DNA of 64,000 bases from an uncultured Campylobacter sp. (GTDB lineage Bacteria > Campylobacterota > Campylobacteria > Campylobacterales > Campylobacteraceae). Below are positions 52,004-62,276 of this stretch, piece by piece. Position 1 is the stretch's first letter. Every line of letters begins with the position of its first letter. Location: assembly GCA_963515555.1 (NCBI GenBank), contig CAUPXB010000005.1, positions 29,032-93,031 of the forward strand, read 5' to 3'. The translations under genes and the position numbers were made by a program. Below the pieces are notes generated by a model, which saw only the letters and a program-made list of their open reading frames with translations, was not told the DNA's origin and made no database searches.

Positions 52004-53042
52004 ACATAGCTTCCGTCTGCGCGACCATCGTCTCTATCGAGAAGTTTCGCACGATAAATTCCCTCGCGTTCGCGCTAAATTTCGCCCGAAGCGCAGCGTC
52101 TTCTATCAGTGTTTTTAAGGCCGCTTTGAGCGATTCTTTATCGCCGTTTTTAAACAAAAGTCCAGTTTCGCCGCTATTTATAGCCTCGCCGATACCGCCC
52201 GCGTCGCTACCGATGCAAGGCACTCCGCACGACTGCGCCTCCAGTAGCGCCGTACCCAGCGCCTCCATCTTTGAGGGCAGCACGAAAACGTCAAAACTGC
52301 CCAAAAACTCGCTCACGTTGGTGCGAGAGCCTAGCATGTAGATATTTGGCGTTTTTATTTTTTTTAGATTTTCCTCCTGCGGACCGTCGCCGACCACGAC
52401 CAGAGCGGCATTTGGTAGATTTAGCTCGCTAAAAGCTTCAAATAATAGCTGATGATTTTTCGCCGCGCGCAAGACCGCTACGATACCCACTACAACGCAG
52501 TCCGCGCTCAAATTTAGCTCCGCTTTTATATCTTTGGTGAAATTTGGATTAAACCGCGCCGTATCCACGCCGGTATAGATAACGTCTATCAAATTTCCCC
52601 GCACGCCCTGCGAGACGAGCTGGGCTTTTACGGCGTTTGAGACGGCTACGATTTTATCGTTTACGTTGTAGCTAAATGCCGATCTGATCGGCGTTTGCAG
52701 GTGTCTAGTGCGCACGACCTTAGCGCCCGTTAGCTTTGCTACGATCGCGCCGATGTTGCCGTCCTTGCCCGAGTGCGTAGCGATGATCGAGATTTTCTTT
52801 TCGTACACAAAACGGCAAATTTTAAAAATTTCAAAAATATTATAGACCTTGCTTAGGTTAAATTCCACAAACTCACAATCAATAGGCTTTTCAAAGCTTT
52901 TTGAGCCGGGATTTAGCGCGTAAAATACCTTAAATTTATCCTTATTTAGCCCGTTTATGACGCGCTGCGTGCGGTGCTCCTGACCGCCGAAACCCAGCGA
53001 GCTTTCAAGCTCTAAGATATTTATTTTATCTGTTTTTTTCAT
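51990..53042 (-). CDS. GT4 glycosyltransferase
   Basis: GGQE, RTRH and EALGTALLEA motifs. Confidence 0.88.
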   Translation of the reverse strand: MKKTDKINILELESSLGFGGQEHRTQRVINGLNKDKFKVFYALNPGSKSFEKPIDCEFVEFNLSKVYNIFEIFKICRFVYEKKISIIATHSGKDGNIGAIVAKLTGAKVVRTRHLQTPIRSAFSYNVNDKIVAVSNAVKAQLVSQGVRGNLIDVIYTGVDTARFNPNFTKDIKAELNLSADCVVVGIVAVLRAAKNHQLLFEAFSELNLPNAALVVVGDGPQEENLKKIKTPNIYMLGSRTNVSEFLGSFDVFVLPSKMEALGTALLEAQSCGVPCIGSDAGGIGEAINSGETGLLFKNGDKESLKAALKTLIEDAALRAKFSANAREFIVRNFSIETMVAQTEAMYEAL

Positions 53043-53971
53043 ATATTTTTGACCGCCTCGTAGATTTCCTCGTCCGTCACGTCCTGCGCCCTTTTGCTAG
53101 CGCTTTGTAGTACCACGCACTCCGCTCCGCCGTAAATGGGAGCCCAGCGAGCGGCGTCCGTTTTACCAAGCGCCAGCACCGTTTTTACGCCAAGAGCCGG
53201 AGCTAGGTGCGCTACGCCGCCGTCAAGCGCGAGGACAAATTTAGCCGCCCAAATGTAGCCTGCAAGTTCATCTAGGCTCGCAGTCGAGGCAAACTCCACG
53301 CCCGCTTCTCGCGCTACTTTTTCGCCAAATTTTACGTCCTCCGCACTAACGGCGACGCGTCCGAAATTTTGCTTTAAAAATCCCAAAATCCGTAAAATTT
53401 TAGCCTCGTCCATACGGTTTTGCTCCACCCTCGAAGAGACGTGAAAAAATACGAAATCCTTAAATTTCTCGCTTTTAAAGCTCGGTACGTAAAGCGTCTT
53501 TTCCCCGTCAAATTTCGCTCCCAGCGGTGCGGCTAGCTCACAGCAAAGCAGCACCTCGTGAGGCGGCGGATTAAAGCTTAGTTTATGCGTTATTAATGAA
53601 TCGCCCTCGTTTTGCCTTGCTGCGCCTATCGTCGTTTTAGCTGCGGCAGCTCTAGCAAATATCGCGGCAGAGGGCGAATAAGCACTCCTAAAAATCACGG
53701 TCGCATCGTATTTTTCGCGGCGAATTTGAAGCAAAATTTTACATTTTCCCCAAAACGCCCGCACCTTTGCCGCCGCTCCTTTTACGTGCTTTGGTTTGGT
53801 GTAGATATAGATTTTATTTAAAAATGGATTGCCGCGAACGACGCATGCGTTTAGGCTATTTACCACGATATCGATCTGTGCGTTCGGATGAGCCTTTCGC
53901 AGCGCCTCAATCGCCGGCGTCGTACAGATGAGATCGCCGATGTTATCGTTTCTAACGAGCAAAATTTTCAC
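53039..53971 (-). CDS. GT9 family heptosyltransferase-like protein
   Basis: RNDNIGDLICTTP, DGGVAHLA and WAP motifs. Confidence 0.87.
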   Translation of the reverse strand: MKILLVRNDNIGDLICTTPAIEALRKAHPNAQIDIVVNSLNACVVRGNPFLNKIYIYTKPKHVKGAAAKVRAFWGKCKILLQIRREKYDATVIFRSAYSPSAAIFARAAAAKTTIGAARQNEGDSLITHKLSFNPPPHEVLLCCELAAPLGAKFDGEKTLYVPSFKSEKFKDFVFFHVSSRVEQNRMDEAKILRILGFLKQNFGRVAVSAEDVKFGEKVAREAGVEFASTASLDELAGYIWAAKFVLALDGGVAHLAPALGVKTVLALGKTDAARWAPIYGGAECVVLQSASKRAQDVTDEEIYEAVKNI

Positions 53972-54103
53972 GATTTTCCTTTTTTGCGCGATTATACCTA
54001 TTTTACACTTATACTTATTTACGCCCTCATCCCTCGCACGCCGGGCATAACCTAAAATTCATCAAAAAACTTATAAAATACCGCTAAATTTTAAAAGGCG
54101 AAC

Positions 54104-55135
54104 ATGAAAAAAATAGTATTTTTAAGGCTCGATCTAGACGCTATCGGCGGGGCGCAGAGATATCTCTCAAGGCTCGTCAAAGCTTTAAAAGACTCGGGCG
54201 TTGCGTGCGAAACGCGCGGATTTAACGGTAGCAAAAAGCTAAGCTCGTGGATCAAAGCCCTGCTTTTTAACTCGCAGGCAAAGCGGCAAAAGGGCGCGGA
54301 CGAGATTTATTTTAGCTTAGAGCGCATCACCTGCGCCGACATCTACCGCGCAGGCGACGGCGTGCATAAAGTCTATATGAAAACCAAGCCGTTTTGGTTT
54401 GTAAACCCCTTAAATTTCGTCATTCCATACCTTGAAAAGCGCACTTTTAAAAATGCTAAAAAAATCATCGCCAACTCAAATTTTATAAAGCGTCAAATTT
54501 GCGAGACCTACGGCATCGTCCCTGAAAAGATCGCAGTCGTCTATAACGGCGTAAATTTGCCTACTCGCGTACAAAAAGGTTCGGCAAAGCTCGCTCTTTG
54601 CGAGGAATTCGGACTTGATTTTCACCTACCGACGCTGCTGTTTGTGGGAAGCGGCTTTAAACGCAAGGGCCTGAGCGAGTTTTTACGCATCGCAGCTCGC
54701 CTAAAAACCCGCGTAAACTGCCTGATCGTCGGCCGCGACAAAAACGCCGCCCGCTATAAAAATCTAGCCAAGGAACTAGGCCTAAACGCCGTATTTACGG
54801 GCGCTCAAAAAAGCGCGGCGAGATTTTACGAAGGCAGCGAGCTGTTTTTGTTCCCGACGGCGTACGAGCCGTTTTCAAACGTCGTTTTAGAGGCGCTTAG
54901 CTACGGCTGCGTCGCTATCACGACCGCTCAAAACGGCGCCGCGGAGATACTACCGGGGGAGTTTGTGATGAGCTCGCCGCAAGACTACGACATCTGCGCT
55001 CTGATCGACGAGATCCTAAACGACGACAAGCGGCTAGCAGCGCTACAAGAGCGAAATTTAGCGCTTGCTAGCGAGTTTAGCATCGAAAAAAACGCGAGCG
55101 CGACGCTGGAGATAGTGCGTGCGAATCTTGATTGA
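54104..55135 (+). CDS. GT4 core glycosyltransferase, WabG-like (candidate GalA transferase)
   Basis: GGAQRY, SLERITCADIYRAGDGVH, GSGFKRKG and YEPFSNVVLEA motifs. Confidence 0.8.
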   Translation: MKKIVFLRLDLDAIGGAQRYLSRLVKALKDSGVACETRGFNGSKKLSSWIKALLFNSQAKRQKGADEIYFSLERITCADIYRAGDGVHKVYMKTKPFWFVNPLNFVIPYLEKRTFKNAKKIIANSNFIKRQICETYGIVPEKIAVVYNGVNLPTRVQKGSAKLALCEEFGLDFHLPTLLFVGSGFKRKGLSEFLRIAARLKTRVNCLIVGRDKNAARYKNLAKELGLNAVFTGAQKSAARFYEGSELFLFPTAYEPFSNVVLEALSYGCVAITTAQNGAAEILPGEFVMSSPQDYDICALIDEILNDDKRLAALQERNLALASEFSIEKNASATLEIVRANLD

Positions 55136-56291
55136 GCTGCCGACCTGGCTGGGCGACGCCGTGATGGCAAGCGCGGCAGTGGAGGCTATCGCAAAGCATG
55201 CGGCGTTTGGCGCGGGAAATTTGACGAGCAAATTTAATGGCTCGGGCGAGCAAGATTTTAGCTTTTCGTCGCAAAATTTCGGCTCGGTAACGCAAGAAAT
55301 TCAAATTTTTAAAAACGATACGCCAAATTTGGACGGTAAATTTGAAGCTGTCCGCGGCGAAAATTTGACGGCGAGCGAGCGAGAAAATCAAAATCTAGAA
55401 AATTTGACAGCCCAGTCCGTCAAAATCGTATTTTTCGGCTCGTTTGCGGCGTGCGAGCTTTTTAAGGCTCACCCAAACTGCGAATGCGCCATCATGGACG
55501 GCAGCAAAAAGGCTAAGTTTAGGCTCTGGCGGCTGTTTTGGCAGGCTAGAAATCTGGGCAAATTTGACGCAGCGTTTAGCTTTAGAAGCTCGTTTGCGAG
55601 TAAAATTTTGCTTTTCGGAGCGCGGGCGAGACGAAAATTTGCATTTAAAAAAAGCAATGACGACGCGCATCAGGTGCAAAAATACCTAAAATTCGTCAAA
55701 GCGGCGTTAAATTTAAAACGCGCAGACGACGAGCTGAAGCTTTACTTTGAGCCGCGTAAATTTGACGCTCCGGTGCTCGGGCTAAATCCGGGCGCTAGCT
55801 ACGGAAGCGCCAAACGCTGGTATCCGGCCTACTTCGCGCAGGTGGCGCTGCACTTTAAAGATAAATTTAAGATTATGATTTTTGGCGGCGCGGGCGAGCG
55901 CGATATGTGCGAGCAGATCGAGCGAATTTTACGCAAAAACGGCGCGGAGTGCGAAAATCTAGCGGGTAAAACGAGCGTGAGGGAGCTTTGCGAAAATATC
56001 GGCGGCATAGGGCAAAGCGGCGGGATATTTGTCACGAACGACAGCGGCCCGATGCATATCGCCGCAGCCTATAAAACGCCTACGGTCGCGCTTTTTGGGC
56101 CGACGAGATTTACGCAAACCTGTCCGTGGCGCAACGAAAACGCCCGCATCCTACACCTAAATCTAGAGTGCATGCCGTGTATGAAGCGCGTCTGTCCGCT
56201 AAAAACCCACGCCTGCATGAAAGACCTCTCGCCGCAAGCCGTCATCCAAACGATCGAGCGAGAATTCCTCTCCGAAGCGGCAAAAAACTAG
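55119..56291 (+). CDS. waaF: Heptosyltransferase II with an N-terminal insertion
   Basis: LPTWLGDAVMA, LNPGASYGSAKRW, TNDSGPMHIAAA and CMPC motifs. Confidence 0.92.
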   Translation: MRILIELPTWLGDAVMASAAVEAIAKHAAFGAGNLTSKFNGSGEQDFSFSSQNFGSVTQEIQIFKNDTPNLDGKFEAVRGENLTASERENQNLENLTAQSVKIVFFGSFAACELFKAHPNCECAIMDGSKKAKFRLWRLFWQARNLGKFDAAFSFRSSFASKILLFGARARRKFAFKKSNDDAHQVQKYLKFVKAALNLKRADDELKLYFEPRKFDAPVLGLNPGASYGSAKRWYPAYFAQVALHFKDKFKIMIFGGAGERDMCEQIERILRKNGAECENLAGKTSVRELCENIGGIGQSGGIFVTNDSGPMHIAAAYKTPTVALFGPTRFTQTCPWRNENARILHLNLECMPCMKRVCPLKTHACMKDLSPQAVIQTIEREFLSEAAKN

Positions 56292-56557
56292 AAATTTGAG
56301 CACGCGGATTTTCTCAAACGGCCGGAAATCAGCAAAATCCCCGTCGCGCATAATATTTTTAAAACGGCGCGCAACCAAATTTAACGTACGCAAAGCCTGT
56401 ATTTGAGATAGCGCAAAGCCGCTCAAGCAAGATAAGTTTTACTCTACCTATTTTTAACGCGACTAAGATTTCACCGCATTTTTCAGCCGTCAAGAAAAGT
56501 GCAGTCAAAGTAAAATTTGTGCCGTACATATCATCTCGCACGCCGCAAAAGCCGCCG

Positions 56558-56875
56558 TCACAAAACAACCTCAACCGCATAAATATCGTCAAATTTGACC
56601 CTCGTTTTTACTACGGTTAGGCTTTTATCCATCAAATTTACGTTTGAGACCAGCCCTTCTATGCTAACGTAGCCTTGCCCGTCGTAGTATGTGATTTTTA
56701 CCTTGTCGGCTGGCTTTAGTTTGCTTATTTTGTTTAGGATTTCTTCTATCTTTGGTTCGTCTAGCTCTAGCTTTTCGCTCTTTTCTCGCTCCTGCGCTTT
56801 TAGGGCTTTTTCTAGGGTCGAGAGGGGATTAAACGAGCTAAATATCTTTGCTCTATCTTTTACTTTATCTTTCAT
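56558..56875 (-). CDS. YolD-like protein
   Basis: RAKIFSSFNPL N-terminus and KITYY...G.V motif; ATGA-coupled to the upstream Y-family polymerase. Confidence 0.75.
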   Translation of the reverse strand: MKDKVKDRAKIFSSFNPLSTLEKALKAQEREKSEKLELDEPKIEEILNKISKLKPADKVKITYYDGQGYVSIEGLVSNVNLMDKSLTVVKTRVKFDDIYAVEVVL

Positions 56876-58134
56876 TCACCGCTTTTGTGCCCTCCTATCT
56901 TTTTGTTTCTATCTCGGCCGGTGGCTTCTGGCAATAGGTCGATAGCCCTTAGGATGGAGTTTTTGCCGTATTTTTCTTTTATCTGATTTAGGGTTTTTAG
57001 CACCGTTTTTTCTTTTGCGTTTTCTTCTTCAAAGAGGCTTTTTTCGGTTTTGCTTTCCTTTACGACGTCGTTTGCCGATATGCCGATTTGCCTGATGAGG
57101 CCTGCGTTTTTTATCTTTTTTAGATATAGCTCTTGTGCTGCATCCATGAGTACGCTAGCAATATTGCTCGGTGTTTTAAACCTTACCGTGGCTCTTTGCG
57201 CGGGTTCGTTTTTATCGGCGAATTTGATATTTATCGTGAGTCCGCTAGCCCGCACTTCCTCGTTTATCATCTTTAGAGCTAGCCTATCGGTCATCTCTTT
57301 TAGTACGATTAGAGCTTCTAGCCTCTCGTAGTCTCTAGGTAAAATTTCCGAGCTAAAGTATGACCTAGTCGAGGGTTTATAGGCCTTGATGTCGGCTATA
57401 GTGGTGGGCTCGATGCCGTTTGCGTGATCTAGCGCGATGTACGCGTCGATACCAAAAACTCTCTCAAGCAGACTAAAAGGAGCGTTTGCCATATCCTTCA
57501 TGCAAAATATCCCGTATCGCTCAAGCTTTGCCCTGGTTTGCTTGCCTATACGCCAAAAATCATTTAGCGGCTGGTGCGTCCAGAGCTTTTCTTTATAGAG
57601 CGTTTCGTCTAAAAAAGCGATATTGTCCTCGCTGTGCTTAGCTAGGATGTCAAGGGCGATTTTGGCTAGATATAGATTCGTCCCCATGCCGCAGGTCGGC
57701 GTTACGCCCGTAGTTTTTAGGATGTCGTCCATTATCATCTTTGCCATGGCTCTAGCTTCTAGTTTGTAAAATTCTAGATACGAGGTGAGGTCGATAAACG
57801 CCTCATCGATGGAGTAGACGTAGATGTCCTCTTTGGCGACGTATTTTAGGTAGATGCCGTAAATTTTAGCCGCGTAGTCTATGTAAAACTGCATCCTGGG
57901 CGGCGCGATTATATATTTTATATTTTTAGGTATTTCAAATAGCCTGCATCTGTTTTTTACACCAAGCGCCTTTAGCGCGGGACTAACGGCCAGGCACACG
58001 CTGCCCTCGCCTCTAGTGGCGTCGGCGACGACTAAATTTGTCTCAAATGGATCAAGTCCTCGCTCCACGCACTCGACCGAGGCGTAGAATGATTTTAGAT
58101 CGATGACGGCGTAGGCTGGAGTTTTGGTTTTCAT
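56872..58134 (-). CDS. Y-family DNA polymerase (UmuC/UvrX type)
   Basis: IDLKSFYASVEC, PPRM, YSIDEAFID, GTNLYLAK and the C-terminal IGGHKS. Confidence 0.92.
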   Translation of the reverse strand: MKTKTPAYAVIDLKSFYASVECVERGLDPFETNLVVADATRGEGSVCLAVSPALKALGVKNRCRLFEIPKNIKYIIAPPRMQFYIDYAAKIYGIYLKYVAKEDIYVYSIDEAFIDLTSYLEFYKLEARAMAKMIMDDILKTTGVTPTCGMGTNLYLAKIALDILAKHSEDNIAFLDETLYKEKLWTHQPLNDFWRIGKQTRAKLERYGIFCMKDMANAPFSLLERVFGIDAYIALDHANGIEPTTIADIKAYKPSTRSYFSSEILPRDYERLEALIVLKEMTDRLALKMINEEVRASGLTINIKFADKNEPAQRATVRFKTPSNIASVLMDAAQELYLKKIKNAGLIRQIGISANDVVKESKTEKSLFEEENAKEKTVLKTLNQIKEKYGKNSILRAIDLLPEATGRDRNKKIGGHKSGE

Positions 58135-58228
58135 GGGTGATTAAATTTGCTTGCGCTCTAGGCGGCGTTAAAGAGCGGCGAGGCGAGCCAAATTTGACTC
58201 AGCCGCTGCAAATGCTTTTAAATTTAGC

Positions 58229-58795
58229 CTAAAACGCATCGTCGATAGCTTGGCAGATGATATGCCCTATCATTATGTGCATCTCTTGGATGCGCGGCGT
58301 GTCGTTTGACGGCACGACCAAATTTAGCTCGCAAAGCTCGTTCATAGCACCCCCCGTGCGGCCGCTTAGACCGATCGTTTTGATACCGATTTTTCGCGCT
58401 AGCTCGAGCGCTTTTACGACGTTGCCGCTGTTTCCGCTAGTAGAGATAGCGATGAGCAGATCGCCCTCGCGGCCCAGAGCCTCCAGCTGACGCGAGAAAA
58501 CAAACTCATATCCGTAGTCGTTGCCGATCGCCGTGAGCGCAGACGTATCGGTCGTTAGAGCTATGCCAGCTAGCGCGCCGCGCTCGGTTTTGTAGCGGCC
58601 CGTTAACTCGGCTGCGATATGCTGCGCGTCTGCAGCGCTTCCGCCGTTTCCGCAAAGTAAAATTTTACCGCCCGCCTTTAGCGTCGCTACCGCCGTTTCG
58701 CAGGCTTTTTTGATATCCGCTTCTAGCGCAAAGGTCGCCTGTATCGTTGCCAGATGTCCCTCTAGCTCGCTTTTTATCATCTCAAGAGTCTTCAT
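58229..58795 (-). CDS. gmhA: Sedoheptulose-7-phosphate isomerase
   Basis: [22 protein letters not shown] and RIQEMH motifs. Confidence 0.96.
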   Translation of the reverse strand: MKTLEMIKSELEGHLATIQATFALEADIKKACETAVATLKAGGKILLCGNGGSAADAQHIAAELTGRYKTERGALAGIALTTDTSALTAIGNDYGYEFVFSRQLEALGREGDLLIAISTSGNSGNVVKALELARKIGIKTIGLSGRTGGAMNELCELNLVVPSNDTPRIQEMHIMIGHIICQAIDDAF

Positions 58796-60188
58796 TTTTT
58801 ATCCTTTTTATCGTCGCGCTCGTGCTTTTGCCCGCTACGAACTCCACCAGCCGCACGTCTTTTACGACGCTGCTTCCCACAACCTCTTTACCTTCGTAGT
58901 CCGCACCCTTTACGAGTACGTCGGGGCGCAGTTTTTCGATCAAATTTAGAGGCGTGAGCTCGTCAAATATCGTAACGTAATCAACCGCCCCAAGCGCCGC
59001 CAGCACGGTAGCGCGGTCGGCCTGCGCGTTTACGGGGCGAGTGTCGCCTTTTAGCGCGCGCACCGAGGCGTCCGAGTTTAGCCCGACGACCAGTATATCG
59101 CCGAATTCCCGCGCCTTAGCCAGATAGCTCACGTGTCCCGCATGCAGGATATCAAAGCAGCCGTTTGTAAAAACCAGCCGCTTTTCGCCGCGGTTTGCTA
59201 GCATCACGGCTAGATCATCCGCGCTTTTGATTTTCTCCTCGAAGCCGGCCGCGTTTTTACGGCGCACGAGCTCGTTTATCTCCTCGAAGCTTGCCGTTGC
59301 CGAGCCGACCTTAGCCACGACGACTGCGGCGGCTAAATTTGCCGTCTCGATCGCTTTTTTGATGCCTTCGCCGGCACCCAGCATCACGCCAAGCGTCGCT
59401 AGCACCGTATCCCCCGCACCAGTTACGTCAAAGACCTCTTTTGCCAGAGCCGGAAATTTAACCGCTCGTCCGTCCTCTAAAAGCGCAATGCCTTCCTCTG
59501 AAATCGTGATCAGCGAATGGGTCAAATTTAGCTCGTTTTTTAGCAAATTTAGCGCCGTAAAAAGCTGCTCGTCGTTTTCTATTTTAAAGCCCACGGCCTC
59601 GCCCGCTTCTTTTTTATTCGGCGTTAGTAGCGTGGCACCCTTGTACTTCGAGTAGTCTGTGCCCTTTGGATCGATTAGCACGGGTTTGCCGGCATCTGCG
59701 CAGGCTTTTATGAGCTTTTGGCACAGCGCCTGAGTCAGCACGCCCTTACCGTAATCAGATAGCAGCGCGACGTCGTAGCCCTTCAGCGCGCGAGCGAAAT
59801 TTGCCGCCAGCTCGTCCTCGCACGTTACGGCTTCGACGCTTTCTTTGTCTATGCGCACGACTTGCTGATGCGTCGCCATCACGCGGCTTTTTATCGAGCT
59901 CGTGCGCCCTTTTTCTCTTTTTATAAACTCAGACCTAGCTCCCTGCTCGCACAATATCCGCTCTATCTCGTCACCCGTCTCGTCGTCGCCTAGCACGCTC
60001 ATGACACCCACTTTCGCGCCCAATGATAGCAAATTTAGCACCACGTTGCCCGCTCCGCCTAGACGTTTGGTTTCGTTTTTTATCTTTACCACCTGCACGG
60101 GAGCCTCAGGCGAGATACGCTCGCAGCTGCCCCAGATGTAGTGATCGAGCATCAGATCGCCAACGACTAAAGCACGTACTTCACGCAT
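58782..60188 (-). CDS. hldE: Bifunctional heptose-7-phosphate kinase / heptose-1-phosphate adenylyltransferase
   Basis: PfkB domain ([15 protein letters not shown]) plus [12 protein letters not shown] cytidylyltransferase-like domain. Confidence 0.96.
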   Translation of the reverse strand: MREVRALVVGDLMLDHYIWGSCERISPEAPVQVVKIKNETKRLGGAGNVVLNLLSLGAKVGVMSVLGDDETGDEIERILCEQGARSEFIKREKGRTSSIKSRVMATHQQVVRIDKESVEAVTCEDELAANFARALKGYDVALLSDYGKGVLTQALCQKLIKACADAGKPVLIDPKGTDYSKYKGATLLTPNKKEAGEAVGFKIENDEQLFTALNLLKNELNLTHSLITISEEGIALLEDGRAVKFPALAKEVFDVTGAGDTVLATLGVMLGAGEGIKKAIETANLAAAVVVAKVGSATASFEEINELVRRKNAAGFEEKIKSADDLAVMLANRGEKRLVFTNGCFDILHAGHVSYLAKAREFGDILVVGLNSDASVRALKGDTRPVNAQADRATVLAALGAVDYVTIFDELTPLNLIEKLRPDVLVKGADYEGKEVVGSSVVKDVRLVEFVAGKSTSATIKRIKNEDS

Positions 60189-61167
60189 TTATCTCTTCCT
60201 CGTATATCCTTTTTATCTCGGCCGCGTAGTCTTTTATGCCCTCTTCTAGGCTAAATTTAGGCTCGTATCCCAGCGCCTTTTTGGTCGGCTCGATGTCGGC
60301 TTGCGTATGAAACTGATATGAGCGCGCATACGGGTTTGGGATGTATTCGCAAGGCAAATTTGACCCTAGCTCGCGCTGCAAAATATCCACGATCTCTTGG
60401 AAGCTTCTTGCCGTGCCGGTAGCCGCGTTATACACGCCGCTAGCAGCGTTTAGAGCGAGCAGGTTTGCCTGCACGATGTCTTTTATATAGACGAAGTCAC
60501 GCTTGATTTTGTCGCTACCCTCAAAGAGGCGCGGATTTTCCCCGCTTAAAATTTGCAGACCAAACTGCAGCACCATCGAGGCGGTTTTGTTTTTATAAAA
60601 CTCCCTTGCGCCGTAGACGTTAAAGTATCTCAGCCCCACTACCGCTACGCCTTTTTTAGCATATTTTCGGCCCAGATCGTCCATTTTTAGCTTTGAAAAG
60701 CCGTAGACGTTATTTGGCGCTTCGCATTCGCCGACTCTTTGCGGACTTTTTGCGTTACCGTACGTGGCACCCGAGCTCGCGTATATCATGCGCGCGCCCG
60801 TTTTTTCGCAGATATCCAGCAGATCTTTAAAGCTATTTAGATTTGTCCTTACTAGCTCGCCCTGCTCGGTTACCGTGGTATCCGAGATCGCCGCCTCGTG
60901 AAAGATTGCGCCCGGGGCAAATTTCTCGATCATGGCTAGCGTCTTTGCGCAGTTTATGTCGCCCTCGTAAATTTCGCCCGAAAAGCCGAGCAAATTTTTA
61001 AAATGCCCGAAGCTTTTGAGGTTTCCGTTGCTAAATTTCTCGTCGCTTCTAAATTTATCCACGGCGAGCACTTCTACGTCTTTTAAATTTTCGTCAAAAT
61101 AATGCGCCAAATTTGAGCCGATGAAGCCCGCAGCGCCCGTGATTACGACTCTTTTTATATCTTTCAT
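60181..61167 (-). CDS. hldD: ADP-L-glycero-D-manno-heptose 6-epimerase
   Basis: [30 protein letters not shown] and YQFHTQAD motifs. Confidence 0.93.
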   Translation of the reverse strand: MKDIKRVVITGAAGFIGSNLAHYFDENLKDVEVLAVDKFRSDEKFSNGNLKSFGHFKNLLGFSGEIYEGDINCAKTLAMIEKFAPGAIFHEAAISDTTVTEQGELVRTNLNSFKDLLDICEKTGARMIYASSGATYGNAKSPQRVGECEAPNNVYGFSKLKMDDLGRKYAKKGVAVVGLRYFNVYGAREFYKNKTASMVLQFGLQILSGENPRLFEGSDKIKRDFVYIKDIVQANLLALNAASGVYNAATGTARSFQEIVDILQRELGSNLPCEYIPNPYARSYQFHTQADIEPTKKALGYEPKFSLEEGIKDYAAEIKRIYEEEINA

Positions 61168-61688
61168 ATTTTTCCTTCTTTTTTTAAAAACTCTAGCGCC
61201 TCAGCCACGCTTTTTAGACGGTCGTCCAGCTTTAAATTCACCCCGACGCCGGCACTCTGTCCCGCCCGCACGTCGCTATCCTTGTCGCCTATCATTATTG
61301 AGCGCGCAAGGTCGATGTTTAGCTCGTTTGCGGCCTTTAGTAGCATGCCTGGCTCCGGTTTACGGCAACCGCAAAGAGCCTCCGGCGCATGCGGACAAAA
61401 GTAAATTTTCTCTATCTTCACGCCCTCTTTTTCAAACTCGCTCAGCATAAACCTGCAAAGCTCATCAAACTGCTCTAGCGTGTAGTAGCCTCGTCCGATG
61501 CCTGATTGATTCGTCACCACGACTAGCGCGTAGCCTGCCTGCGCAAATTTGCGTAAGGCTTCAAAAATGCCATCTTTAAAAACGAAATCCTCGCGTCTAT
61601 AAACATAGCCCGCATCCTCGTTTATCACGCCGTCGCGATCAAGAAATAGCGCCTTTTTGGGCACCGCTTTAAACACTGTTTTATCCAT
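61164..61688 (-). CDS. gmhB: Heptose-1,7-bisphosphate phosphatase
   Basis: [21 protein letters not shown]...C.CRKP and GDKDSD motifs. Confidence 0.95.
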   Translation of the reverse strand: MDKTVFKAVPKKALFLDRDGVINEDAGYVYRREDFVFKDGIFEALRKFAQAGYALVVVTNQSGIGRGYYTLEQFDELCRFMLSEFEKEGVKIEKIYFCPHAPEALCGCRKPEPGMLLKAANELNIDLARSIMIGDKDSDVRAGQSAGVGVNLKLDDRLKSVAEALEFLKKEGKI

Positions 61689-61791
61689 GGCGAAAATTAT
61701 ACAAAAAAAATCTAAATTTAACCGAAAATCGCCGCCAGCGCCGCGCTAGAAACTAATGTAAAAAAATAATGTAAAATTTAGCTTTTAAGAC

Positions 61792-61797
61792 TATAAT
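61792..61797 (+). promoter_or_regulatory. -10 box of the first cytochrome c gene
   Basis: TATAAT about 32 bp upstream of the ATG; paralogous to the box at 62239-62244. Confidence 0.6.
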
Positions 61798-61828
61798 ACG
61801 CCTACAATTTTATCAAAAAGGATTGAAA

Positions 61829-62134
61829 ATGAAAAAGCTTATCATTGTTTCAGGAGCTGCCGCATTGCTAGCGGGTAGCCTATTTGCCGCTGACGGCGCG
61901 ACTCTTTACAAAAAATGCGCAGCCTGTCACGGACCGAAAGCCGAAAAAGTGTATCTAAATAAAGTTCCTGCGCTTAACACGCTTTCAAAAGAAGAGATCG
62001 CCGAGAGCCTAAAAGGCTATAAAGCAGGCACTCTAGATAAATTTAAAAGCGCAGCCATGATGAAACCTATCGCAAAACCACTTAGCGACGATGACATCGC
62101 GGCTCTATCAGAGTACATCCCTACTCTAAAATAA
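61829..62134 (+). CDS. Periplasmic monoheme cytochrome c553
   Basis: Signal peptide, CAACH heme motif and distal Met. Confidence 0.92.
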   Translation: MKKLIIVSGAAALLAGSLFAADGATLYKKCAACHGPKAEKVYLNKVPALNTLSKEEIAESLKGYKAGTLDKFKSAAMMKPIAKPLSDDDIAALSEYIPTLK

Positions 62135-62140
62135 CCCTTT

Positions 62141-62166
62141 TCGGCGGAGTTTTTCCGCCGATTTTT
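62141..62166 (+). terminator. Rho-independent terminator
   Basis: TCGGCGGA-loop-TCCGCCGA stem followed by TTTTT. Confidence 0.8.
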
Positions 62167-62238
62167 CTCTGCTTTTTATTTCGCGCTTCATTTTAGTAAC
62201 TTTTTTATAAAATTTCTTTTCTTTTAAGCTTTTAGGGC

Positions 62239-62244
62239 TATAAT
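62239..62244 (+). promoter_or_regulatory. -10 box of the second cytochrome c gene
   Basis: TATAAT about 33 bp upstream of the ATG, after the terminator of the first gene. Confidence 0.6.
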
Positions 62245-62276
62245 CTCGTCTAAATTTCTATCAAAAAGGATGAAAG

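Noticed and set aside
56292..58228. Prophage/ICE around the umuC-yolD cassette
   Set aside because: No integrase, transposase, att-like repeats or other mobile genes are visible in the flanks.
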